Assembly (NCBI GenBank): GCA_965207075.1
Contig: CBDBLO010000002.1
Coordinates: forward strand, 1,088,001 to 1,152,000
Direction of reading: 5' to 3'
DNA: 64,000 nt
DNA from: Nitrosopumilus sp.
GTDB taxonomy: Archaea; Thermoproteota; Nitrososphaeria; Nitrososphaerales; Nitrosopumilaceae
The position numbers were made by a program, and so were the translations under genes. Positions 51,271 through 59,162 of this stretch are shown here, in pieces. Every line of letters begins with the position of its first letter. The stretch's first letter is position 1. The notes beneath the pieces are model-generated. The model was not told the origin of the DNA. It did no database searches and saw only the letters and a list, made by a program, of their open reading frames with translations.

Positions 51271-51581
51271 TGGCAAATGAAAAGAGATGCGCCGCCTGCG
51301 GCCACCTGCTGCGGTGGCACCGCACGGCGGACGGCGACTGCCTCCACGACGGCTGCGCGTGCGAGAAATTCACCCCCGAGCAGCGCATCGACAGGGGGCG
51401 CAACGGGCGCAGAAAGTACCCCGTCGTGCCTCCCGAGGAGCTCGCCAAGTACTGCGGGGTCTGCCGCAACGGACAGCACTCCAGCTGCACGGGCAGGCGC
51501 ATCAAGCCGGGACACCCGCGAAGCCCCAAGTCCCCGAAGGTGCCGTGCGAGTGCCCTCGGCACGGAGGGGGGAGCGCCTGA
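51270..51581 (+). CDS. Two-module Cys/His protein
   Basis: CAACGHLLRWH...CLHDGCACEKF plus CGVCRNGQHSSC...PCECPRH. Confidence 0.65.
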   Translation: MANEKRCAACGHLLRWHRTADGDCLHDGCACEKFTPEQRIDRGRNGRRKYPVVPPEELAKYCGVCRNGQHSSCTGRRIKPGHPRSPKSPKVPCECPRHGGGSA

Positions 51582-51769
51582 TGTCCCTGATCAAGCAGTA
51601 CATCAGGTGGCGCATGCGCAACGCCGGCAAGTACTGGAGGTGTGACTTGTGCGGCGCCGAGTCCGGCACTGACGGTGACGTGGTTGCCAAGGCGGCCGAG
51701 CACACGCGCTTCCACGAGACCGGCGGGATTGAACGCCCGCGCGGCGCGCACACGGAGGCCCGGGCATGA
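51581..51769 (+). CDS. C2H2-like microprotein
   Basis: WRCDLCG...EHTRFH. Confidence 0.6.
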   Translation: MSLIKQYIRWRMRNAGKYWRCDLCGAESGTDGDVVAKAAEHTRFHETGGIERPRGAHTEARA

Positions 51770-51954
51770 TGGGCTTCGGAGGATACACCGGCAGGTACGG
51801 GCAGATCAGCATGATGCCCTACGAGGTGCGGAGGCGCCTGACGTCCGCCTGTTACAGCGGTCACCACAACAAGTGCGGCGGCGGCAACAACGCCCAGCGC
51901 CTGGATCCGTGCCCGTGCCCGTGCCACGGGCCGGAGGAGGCGACCGCGGCTTGA
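51766..51954 (+). CDS. Cys/His microprotein
   Basis: ACYSGHHNKC...PCPCPCHG; similar to the C-terminal module of 51270..51581. Confidence 0.6.
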   Translation: MMGFGGYTGRYGQISMMPYEVRRRLTSACYSGHHNKCGGGNNAQRLDPCPCPCHGPEEATAA

Positions 51955-52157
51955 CCTCCCACACAACGGCACTGCGGGACGCCGCATGCGTCGTGTGCGG
52001 AAAGCCGTTCAACGCGGACGGCACGGGCAACGACATATGCGTGTCATGTTGGTCGCACCCCGGTGACGCGTGCGCCGGGTGTGGGCTTGCGCGCAACGAC
52101 CACTTTCATCCGGACGGCGCGGGCGGCTGCCCGGGGTTCAGGGAGCCGGCAAAATAG
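51951..52157 (+). CDS. Cys/His microprotein
   Basis: CVVCG...CVSC...CAGCGLARNDH...CPGF; TTGA overlap. Confidence 0.55.
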   Translation: MTSHTTALRDAACVVCGKPFNADGTGNDICVSCWSHPGDACAGCGLARNDHFHPDGAGGCPGFREPAK

Positions 52158-52170
52158 GAGGAATGGAGGA

Positions 52171-52449
52171 ATGGCAAGCCCGGTCACCGTATTGTGGGTC
52201 GACAAGTATGACAAGTACTACTGCAGGGAGTGCAATGACTTCATCAGGCCTGAGTCATGTCGAGACCGCCGCGACAGCCAGTACGTGCACGATCTTGACA
52301 AGGCGTACGCCCACGTTATGGAGGCGCACCGCGCGAACGCCATGACGGTCCGGAAGGTGAGGAAGTTCCCAAGGCCGCCTGTAAAAAGACTCGCCGACGT
52401 CTTGGGCGGAGACGCAGCTGACGTGGAAGAGGGGGAGGGGCGCCGATGA
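52171..52449 (+). CDS. C2H2-like small protein
   Basis: YYCREC...AHVMEAH; GGAGG upstream. Confidence 0.6.
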   Translation: MASPVTVLWVDKYDKYYCRECNDFIRPESCRDRRDSQYVHDLDKAYAHVMEAHRANAMTVRKVRKFPRPPVKRLADVLGGDAADVEEGEGRR

Positions 52450-52501
52450 CCACCCCGCCCCACGCCGCCACCGTGACAGTGGCGTGGCGGAGGGCTGTGC
52501 C

Positions 52502-52864
52502 ATGAGCTTGGAACGCGGCGGCCGGATTGCCGTGTTCGGCGACGGCGGTCACCCCACGTCCGCCGCGCCGACGACCGCGCCGATTCAGTCCCCCACCAAG
52601 CAGGACCCGTTCGCCATGCCCTCCGAGCAGGAGCTTGTCAGGTGCATCATCGAGTCCACCCGCGAGGTCGACGAACGCTCCGCCCAGGTGTCCGACATGC
52701 TGAAGGACTTGGCAAGCCCCGGTGCCGGACGGGACGGGCCCGCCACGGTCCGCGCCGAAAGCGACATCCATGCCGCGTACACGCGGCTGGCCGACGCCCG
52801 GCTCGCCCAGAGGCGGGCGGCCGTGAGGTTGTGGAGGGCGCGCAACGACGCGGGTGCGCGGTGA
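52502..52864 (+). CDS. Hypothetical helical protein
   Basis: ATG at 52502, GGAGG upstream. Confidence 0.45.
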   Translation: MSLERGGRIAVFGDGGHPTSAAPTTAPIQSPTKQDPFAMPSEQELVRCIIESTREVDERSAQVSDMLKDLASPGAGRDGPATVRAESDIHAAYTRLADARLAQRRAAVRLWRARNDAGAR

Positions 52865-52937
52865 AAAGCGCGCCTGCAGCAGCTGCCCTGAAGTTGGGGA
52901 GGATCCGTTTTTTATACATCGCCCGCGAGCGATCGGC

Positions 52938-53102
52938 ATGGGTTCTCAATGCTATGTGTGTGGCAGTGAAATACACGACGGGCTGTTTGAAGGCGAGTCG
53001 GCAATAAGATGTAGTGCGTGTGGCAACTCTGTCCACGACAGTCCGAATTGCCGCGGCCTGAAAGACGGCAGCGTCGTGTGCGGCATATGCTCCGCAAGAT
53101 GA
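52938..53102 (+). CDS. PHD/RING-like Cys-rich microprotein
   Basis: CYVC...CSAC...H...C...CGIC; TATA-like ttttatac ~25 nt upstream. Confidence 0.6.
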   Translation: MGSQCYVCGSEIHDGLFEGESAIRCSACGNSVHDSPNCRGLKDGSVVCGICSAR

Positions 53103-53141
53103 AGTCTGGCTCTCGCCGTCCCGCATGCGGTCCGCAGCCGA

Positions 53142-53675
53142 TCAGACGGCGGTCTTGCCGCCGTCCTTTTTGTAGTCTCCCGTGCAGCGGTGCACGTCGC
53201 CGTACTGCTGCAGCACGCGGTTCTTATGCCGGACGAGCAGCCCGTGGAATATGGTCGGCCCGTCTGACTTGGAACCGGGCAGCACCGGAACGGTCGACGA
53301 CCCGCCCAACTCCTCCGCGCTCTTCCTGACAACCCTCCACAGTTCGCGCTCAAACTTGGCATTTTCCGCGAGTCCGGCAAACCCGATGCCGCAGGTGAGC
53401 AGCGCCGCCGCCAGATTCTTCCCCCACTCGCCGGATTCAACGGACACCATGAAGTTAGCCGGGTGCCCCCTGATGGACACGTGGTAGTATTTCCTGCAGC
53501 CCGCCACCGTACGCAGTACGCCGTCCTTTACCGCCGTCACGTCCTGCCACTGCGGCGTGTTGGCGTTGCTGTAGCGCTCGATCTCGTGGAACCCGTCGTT
53601 GAGAAAGAACTCCTGTATGCGCCCGGCCAGCTCTGACAGGTCGACCGAGCCGCCGAACCACTCGAACCTCGTCAT
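53142..53675 (-). CDS. Hypothetical protein, possibly membrane-associated
   Basis: MTRFEW... with a Gly/Ala hydrophobic stretch (LAAALLTCGIGFAGL). Confidence 0.6.
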   Translation of the reverse strand: MTRFEWFGGSVDLSELAGRIQEFFLNDGFHEIERYSNANTPQWQDVTAVKDGVLRTVAGCRKYYHVSIRGHPANFMVSVESGEWGKNLAAALLTCGIGFAGLAENAKFERELWRVVRKSAEELGGSSTVPVLPGSKSDGPTIFHGLLVRHKNRVLQQYGDVHRCTGDYKKDGGKTAV

Positions 53676-54300
53676 GCCCGGAGTGGCGGCGTCCGCATAA
53701 AAGCCACGCCTTTCCCGGGTTCTGTCAAATCTGGGTGGCCTGAGCAAGGGTGTCGAATCGGTGACCTGGAAATTCTACAGAATCATGAACCCGGCTTGAT
53801 TTCCGATCCAAGCATTGTCAGTATGCGTTTCAACACAGGTCCTGTGAACGAGCCGAGGCCCGACAAGATCAATGCGGCAAGCGGGATGTCGCCCAACGAA
53901 AAAGGCACATTGTCCGTCCCGGTCAGAACGACGAGCCCATAGGTCATGCCGATATGCAGGTAGATGATCCTCTTGATCCAACACGGTATGCCGGTGTCAC
54001 CTTCGCCAGGACTGTCGGGCCCTGAGGGGACGTCACTTGCGTTTTTCATCAATAGAAGTGACGATTCTTGCAACCTCACGATTAACACCACCTGAAAACA
54101 TACTATCCTGACCTTCGCGATCAGGATTCTTGGGGGCCTGTCGCCCCTTCATCTACCTATTCTCTTACAGACTATATAAGTAGTGCTTGGAAAGTGTTGG
54201 AAGATGTTGGAAGGTTCCGATCTCAGCATACGGTTTACTAAAGTATGTAGTTTCCACGTGCCGGACTCCGGGTGGAAATTTATGTCGCCACCCACCCACC

Positions 54301-55116
54301 ATGGCAGACATGGCGGGAGCCGGATTGCTTGAACTGGACGGAGCGCGCATGCTTGCGGCCTGCCCGCTTACGGCCAGTGCCAAACTGATAAACCAGATGG
54401 CAAAAATCGGCTTCCGCGTGATCGTGGCAAAGACGGTCACCGCGGAGCCGCGGCTCTTCAAGTACAAGTTCGGCGACAGGAACACGCTGCGGATCGGCGA
54501 CGGCAGCATGCTGAACGCCATCGGTTTGGCAAACCCCGGATGCGAGGCGGCCGCAAATGACCTGCGTAATGTCGCCCGCGGCATAGACGTCATACAGAGC
54601 ATCCACGGCTCCTCCCCGGAGGAGTACGACCGCATCATACCCGCGTTCGACGGCGTGCCTTGCGTCAAGGCATACGAGGTGAACGTCTCGTGCCCCAACA
54701 CCTACAGCAGGACGTGCGGTGGGGAGGAACCCGAGGCGGTACGCCGTATCCGCGACCTTACGGACAAGCCCATACTGGTCAAGATCTCGCACTGGCTGGC
54801 GGCCAGGGCCCCCGCATACATCAGTCATGGTGCCGACTACATCACGGCGATCAACACCATACCCGCGGCGGCCGCCCATCCTGACGGCCATACGGGCATC
54901 TGCGAGGGCGGGCTGTCGGGCGGCGCCATCAAGCCCGTGGCGCTGCATACCGTGCACCGTCTGGCACTGTGCGGCATCCCGACCGTGGGATGCGGCGGCA
55001 TCTCCACTGCTGTTGATGCCGCCGAGTTCCAGCGGGCCGGCGCCAAGGCCACGCAGGAGGCCACAAGCGTGATGCTAGGCGCGGGCTGGGGCCGAGTCCC
55101 CGGGCCGGAAAGCTAG
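54301..55116 (+). CDS. pyrD: Dihydroorotate dehydrogenase family 1-like FMN enzyme (divergent)
   Basis: KTVT, NAIGLANPG, EVNVSCPN, VKIS, INT, GGLSG, GCGGI. Confidence 0.75.
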   Translation: MADMAGAGLLELDGARMLAACPLTASAKLINQMAKIGFRVIVAKTVTAEPRLFKYKFGDRNTLRIGDGSMLNAIGLANPGCEAAANDLRNVARGIDVIQSIHGSSPEEYDRIIPAFDGVPCVKAYEVNVSCPNTYSRTCGGEEPEAVRRIRDLTDKPILVKISHWLAARAPAYISHGADYITAINTIPAAAAHPDGHTGICEGGLSGGAIKPVALHTVHRLALCGIPTVGCGGISTAVDAAEFQRAGAKATQEATSVMLGAGWGRVPGPES

Positions 55117-55152
55117 TACGGCGTCTTTTACACGCCACCGCGTACTGCATGC

Positions 55153-56085
55153 ATGCTCACGGTCTGCGGCACCATCACGCTCGACACCATACAGGTTGGC
55201 GGCCGCACGTTCGCGGACGTGCTGGGCGGCTCCGCCTCATACGCAGCCGCGTCGGCCGGGCTCTTCACGAGGACGGGGCTGGTCGGCGTGGTGGGGTCGG
55301 ACCTGCCAGCGGCATACCGGCGCATGCTGGCGCGGCGAGCATCGCTGGACGGCATAACCGTCAGGCGGGGCAGGACGTACAGGTATTCGTGCAGGTACGG
55401 CGGCGGCGGGGACCCGGACGCCCGCACCACGCTCGGCGTGGACCTTCGTATAATCCGCGGGCTCCGTCCGGTGCTGCCGGACTCATACTCCTCCTCGCGC
55501 CACGTGTTCCTGGCAAACTACGACCCGGATCAGAGCATTGCATTGCTCAGGCAGTTCGACAGGCGTCCGGCGTTCATCATGTGTGACACCGTCGACTACT
55601 GGATACGCGAGAAGAGGCGGTCGGTAGTGAGCATGTTCGGCATGGCGGACCTGGCTCTTCTCAACGACGCGGAGGCCCGGCAGCTAGCAGGCGACCATGA
55701 CTTGGCGGCGTGCGCCAGAACCATACGCGAAGAGACCGGCGTCCCGTACCTGGCAGTCAAGAGGGGGCGGCACGGCTCCCTCTTGTTCCACGACGGCGGC
55801 GTCATAACGGCCCCCGCATACGTGCTTGAGCGCGTTGCCGACCCCACTGGCGCCGGCGACGCGTTCGCCGGCGGGATCATCGGGCACGTGGCCGCCTCGT
55901 GCGGCAGGCGCAGGCCGTCGCTCCGGGACCTGTGGCGGGCAGTCACGTACGGTACTGTCATGGGCGCCCTGACGGCCGAGGGGCACGGCATGTCAGCGCT
56001 GCTGAAGGCGACGCGGGGCAAGGCGGAGCTGCGCGCCCGCAGGTACGCAGACGGGCTGCCGGTGTGGAAGCCGCGGCCGCCATGA
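55153..56085 (+). CDS. PfkB/ribokinase-family kinase
   Basis: LGGSASY, VGVVGSD, NDAEA, VKRG..GS, DPTGAGDAF. Confidence 0.88.
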   Translation: MLTVCGTITLDTIQVGGRTFADVLGGSASYAAASAGLFTRTGLVGVVGSDLPAAYRRMLARRASLDGITVRRGRTYRYSCRYGGGGDPDARTTLGVDLRIIRGLRPVLPDSYSSSRHVFLANYDPDQSIALLRQFDRRPAFIMCDTVDYWIREKRRSVVSMFGMADLALLNDAEARQLAGDHDLAACARTIREETGVPYLAVKRGRHGSLLFHDGGVITAPAYVLERVADPTGAGDAFAGGIIGHVAASCGRRRPSLRDLWRAVTYGTVMGALTAEGHGMSALLKATRGKAELRARRYADGLPVWKPRPP

Positions 56086-56131
56086 AGCCCGTAGCTAAGT
56101 AGGTTATAAGGTACTGGTAACATGACTTGCG

Positions 56132-56326
56132 ATGTCAGACGAACGCGCGGAGTTGGTGACGGAAAAGGAAAGACTTGAAGCAGAGTTTATTCAGATGGAG
56201 AACGCAGAGATACTGGCCATAAGGGATGACAACCAGGTGCACCCTGATGTCCCGAAACGGAAGGACGAAATCAAGGCAAGGCTGGGAGAAGTCAACCGGC
56301 GGCTGAACGAGATACGCGGCGCTTGA
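56132..56326 (+). CDS. Small coiled-coil protein
   Basis: 64 aa, charged heptads; TATA-like ttataag at ~56104. Confidence 0.6.
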   Translation: MSDERAELVTEKERLEAEFIQMENAEILAIRDDNQVHPDVPKRKDEIKARLGEVNRRLNEIRGA

Positions 56327-56378
56327 GTCAATCGCGCCGCCGCAAGAATAACCTAACAGTTATAAATTTAGGAGCCGT

Positions 56379-56954
56379 ATGACAAGCATGCCCTGCCAGG
56401 AATTTGCAGCGTTGGACGGATACCTCACCCGGGCGGTGGACCCGTCCTATCTGGGCGATGCAAGGCTTACGCACGTGACGGCGTCGGCCGAAATATGCGA
56501 CAGGATACTGCGCGAGGGATGGGTCGTGCCGACCGCGAGGCCGCAACACGAAAGCTACGACCTGCCGCAGGGCGTGTGGATCTCGGTCAACGGCAGCTGG
56601 GAAGATTATTGCAAGTACTGGCCCGAGGAAAAGGGATGGACCGGCGGCGTGCTCGACGTGGAACTGAACCCGGGGGCGCGCCTGCTCAAGGCGGACAAGC
56701 CGGTCGAGGCATGGAGGTTCCACCGGGACTTTCCGACGACGGACGACGACGCGGAGATCCCGCGCGGGTACGTCGACTGGACGAGGGTGGCCGCCGCGTA
56801 TGACGGCATATACTTTGCAAACTACTGTGAGATGCGCCAGGAAAGCAAGACGTGGTACTGGTGGGACGTCGACTGCGTGTGCATGTTCGACGCGTCAAAG
56901 GTCAGGATATGCGGGCGCGGACCGCCGGTCGAGCGGGTGCGCCGCGATGGGTGA
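56379..56954 (+). CDS. Hypothetical protein, possible ADP-ribosyltransferase-like fold
   Basis: LTHVT...ILREG, GVWIS, YDGI, CMFDASKV; TATA-like ttataaa at ~56360. Confidence 0.5.
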   Translation: MTSMPCQEFAALDGYLTRAVDPSYLGDARLTHVTASAEICDRILREGWVVPTARPQHESYDLPQGVWISVNGSWEDYCKYWPEEKGWTGGVLDVELNPGARLLKADKPVEAWRFHRDFPTTDDDAEIPRGYVDWTRVAAAYDGIYFANYCEMRQESKTWYWWDVDCVCMFDASKVRICGRGPPVERVRRDG

Positions 56955-57061
56955 ATGCGAGTCCCGTTCCTGCCCGCACATTCTTTTATCATGTCGTATT
57001 GGTGACCGCGCATGACGGACGTTGGCAGCGGCGGGAACCAGCCAGCCCGGGCGGCACGCCG

Positions 57062-57289
57062 TCAACCGGGTATCCGGCATCCGTCGTGGTTGTCCTCCAA
57101 GTGGAACCTGCAGAACAGCTTGCCGCACCTCCCGCACTTCATAGCCTCGTGGCTGGTGCCGGAACAGCCCTGTTCCTGGCAAGGGGGGGATGAGTGTAGC
57201 CCATGTTCCCTGTGTTCCGGGCAGTAGGCGAGCATGTCAATCGTCGGCTTGCTGCAGCCCTCGTAGGAACACGTGCTCATGGGCGCCAT
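57062..57289 (-). CDS. AN1-like zinc-finger microprotein
   Basis: CSYEGC...YCPEH; CQEQGC...KCGRCGKLFCRFH...H..C. Confidence 0.65.
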   Translation of the reverse strand: MAPMSTCSYEGCSKPTIDMLAYCPEHREHGLHSSPPCQEQGCSGTSHEAMKCGRCGKLFCRFHLEDNHDGCRIPG

Positions 57290-57352
57290 GCCGCGCCCCC
57301 CATAAAAGACGCGCATGCCGGGGGCTTTTATGCGGATGCGGGCCTGCAGGGC

Positions 57353-57469
57353 ATGTCTGAGAACAACCACAGCAGCGGCCCGTGCCCCACGTGCAGGCGC
57401 GACTTTGCGCAGCACACGGACGCCGAGGTCATAGAGTGCGCGCGCGCCCTCGTGGCGGCCGTGCACTGA
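57353..57469 (+). CDS. 38-aa CxxC...H...C microprotein
   Basis: CPTCRRDFAQH...EC; back-to-back TTTTATG boxes at 57301-57332 serve this gene and the AN1-like gene. Confidence 0.55.
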   Translation: MSENNHSSGPCPTCRRDFAQHTDAEVIECARALVAAVH

Positions 57470-57480
57470 CCCCGGCGGGG

Positions 57481-58107
57481 TCAGTCATCCAGCACCTTTT
57501 TCATCTGCTCGTATTCCCCCGCCGTAATCTCACCGCGGACGTAGCGCATCTTGAGCGCATGCAGCGGGGCGTCCTCCTGCCGCTTCTCCTTGCAGGGTTC
57601 CTCTTCATTGCCGACGACCCGCACATCCTGCTTCTTTTTCTTGGCCTCCCTGATGCGCTCCCGGATGTACCGGTACGCCGCCTCGGCCTTGTCCCTGGGC
57701 AGGGCGTCTATGGTACCGGGCGTGTCGCGGCTCCACGGGCTGTACGCCGCCGAGTTTGTATTGCGCTCGATGTTGGACATCTCGGTCTGCCCCGGTATGG
57801 TCAGCACTATAGACGACGACATCATCCCGCGCTCCAGGCGGACGTTCGTGATGTCGTCGTATGCAAAGCTTTCGACCTGCTCGCCCAGCCCGAGGCGCGT
57901 GGGGTTGCGTATTATGACGTGTTGGGGCGTCAGAAATACGGCGTTCGGCGTCACGGGCGAGCCGCCCGCCAGGAACCGAGACTGCCTGATCGAGATGACA
58001 ACGCGCTCGCCGGGGTCGAGCCGGTCACTGATCTTCTCGTTGAGCTCCTCGTCCAGCGGGAACTCTCCGCCCTTTACACCCTCGCTTCTGCCGAAAACCA
58101 CGCCCAT
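57481..58107 (-). CDS. Bacterial-type PH domain + C-terminal SHOCT domain protein
   Basis: VFLT..HVIIR...YDDITNV; LKMRYVRGEITAGEYEQMKKVL. Confidence 0.75.
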   Translation of the reverse strand: MGVVFGRSEGVKGGEFPLDEELNEKISDRLDPGERVVISIRQSRFLAGGSPVTPNAVFLTPQHVIIRNPTRLGLGEQVESFAYDDITNVRLERGMMSSSIVLTIPGQTEMSNIERNTNSAAYSPWSRDTPGTIDALPRDKAEAAYRYIRERIREAKKKKQDVRVVGNEEEPCKEKRQEDAPLHALKMRYVRGEITAGEYEQMKKVLDD

Positions 58108-58168
58108 GGCCCGTCTTGCGGCTTTTAAGCAGGATTGAGAAAAAATCAGCCCCTTTTATACATATGAT

Positions 58169-58474
58169 GTGGGTATGGACATGGTGTTTTCAGAAAAAGC
58201 CCCGGAAGACATGAAGAAGCTGAAGAACGGCGTTATAGGCGTGGTCATCTTGCTGGCCATCGGTGCACTCTCCCCCACGATCATACAGGAGTTTACGGGC
58301 GTCGACCTTGAGACACTGTGTGGCAAGGGCGAAACCCCGCCCGCCGGCGAGACAGACTGCCTGGGTACCAGCGAGGACATCAGCAAGCAGGTGTTCAAGG
58401 CCCTTGGTTCCGTACCGGCCGTGGTCGCCGTGATTGCCTTTATCGGGTTTGCCATAGTGGGCGGAAAGTACTAG
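58169..58474 (+). CDS. Small two-TM protein, TrbC/VirB2 pilin-like
   Basis: Two hydrophobic helices: KKLKNGVIGVVILLAIG and VVAVIAFIGFAIVGGKY. Confidence 0.5.
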   Translation: MGMDMVFSEKAPEDMKKLKNGVIGVVILLAIGALSPTIIQEFTGVDLETLCGKGETPPAGETDCLGTSEDISKQVFKALGSVPAVVAVIAFIGFAIVGGKY

Positions 58475-58900
58475 TTGTACAGCCCCTTCCCCATCACCAC
58501 TGTTTTTACACTGGCGGCGGCGGCCGCCGGCGCGTCGGCCGGTTTTTTTCTACTTGGTTATGATCCGGCCCGACTGCTTTACGTCATGGTCGCGGCGTGG
58601 CTGTGCGCATGCGCCCTTGACATGGGGCACACCATGCGGCAGGGTTTACAGGCCGTACGCGCATACGAGCAGAATCCCGTCATGTGCGCCGTCCTGCGGC
58701 GAACTGGAAGCTTGCGGGCCGCCGCCGCCTTGGCCATAGCCACCGAGGCCGCGCTCATCACGTCCGGATCATTCGTCATAATGCACGCGTGGGACCCGCA
58801 CGTGTTCGGCGTGCTGTGCGGCGCGGCCGCCGGCATCCACCTGTCGGGCTATGTGGAGAGCAGGCGGTTCCTGCGTAACGCGCAGCGTGCACGCGCCTGA
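58475..58900 (+). CDS. Membrane protein (YEQNP motif, DUF5658-like)
   Basis: About 4 hydrophobic segments; LD..HT...EQNP. Confidence 0.55.
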   Translation: MYSPFPITTVFTLAAAAAGASAGFFLLGYDPARLLYVMVAAWLCACALDMGHTMRQGLQAVRAYEQNPVMCAVLRRTGSLRAAAALAIATEAALITSGSFVIMHAWDPHVFGVLCGAAAGIHLSGYVESRRFLRNAQRARA

Positions 58901-58928
58901 TGAAAAAGGGAACCCTGATGCGGCGGTC

Positions 58929-59069
58929 CTACTCTACCGGGTGCCCGTGTGCGTATATCTTCATGTGGTTGTTGACCCAGTTGCTGGGAGTCCGCCCGTC
59001 GCTGGCGGCCGCCTTCTCGATATAACTAATGACGTCCGGGTCCAAGGTCCAGCCCACCTTTCCTTTCAT
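58929..59069 (-). CDS. 46-aa ribbon-helix-helix (CopG/Arc-like) regulator (not in the ORF track)
   Basis: MKGKVGWTLDPDVISYIEKAAASDGRTPSNWVNNHM... Confidence 0.7.
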   Translation of the reverse strand: MKGKVGWTLDPDVISYIEKAAASDGRTPSNWVNNHMKIYAHGHPVE

Positions 59070-59162
59070 GCCCTGAGTACGCTATTAATTAATATAAGTT
59101 TGTCTGATTTTATCCACTTATGGTAGATAATGACTTATATCCTATTAAGAATTAATAGTATC
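59070..59162. promoter_or_regulatory. AT-rich divergent promoter region with palindromes
   Basis: tattaattaata (59083-59094) and ctattaa-gaa-ttaatag (59142-59158). Confidence 0.6.

Noticed and set aside
41131-53102. Classical integron cassette array
   Set aside because: Genes overlap, leaving no room for attC hairpins, and no GTTRRRY-bounded palindromes were seen
53775-54091. Minus-strand ORFs upstream of the PyrD-like gene
   Set aside because: Two overlapping candidates with no motif; cannot choose between them, possibly a remnant
58472-58477. Amber readthrough joining 58169..58474 and 58475..58900
   Set aside because: The in-frame adjacency is real, but there is no pyl machinery here and both ORFs are plausible on their own
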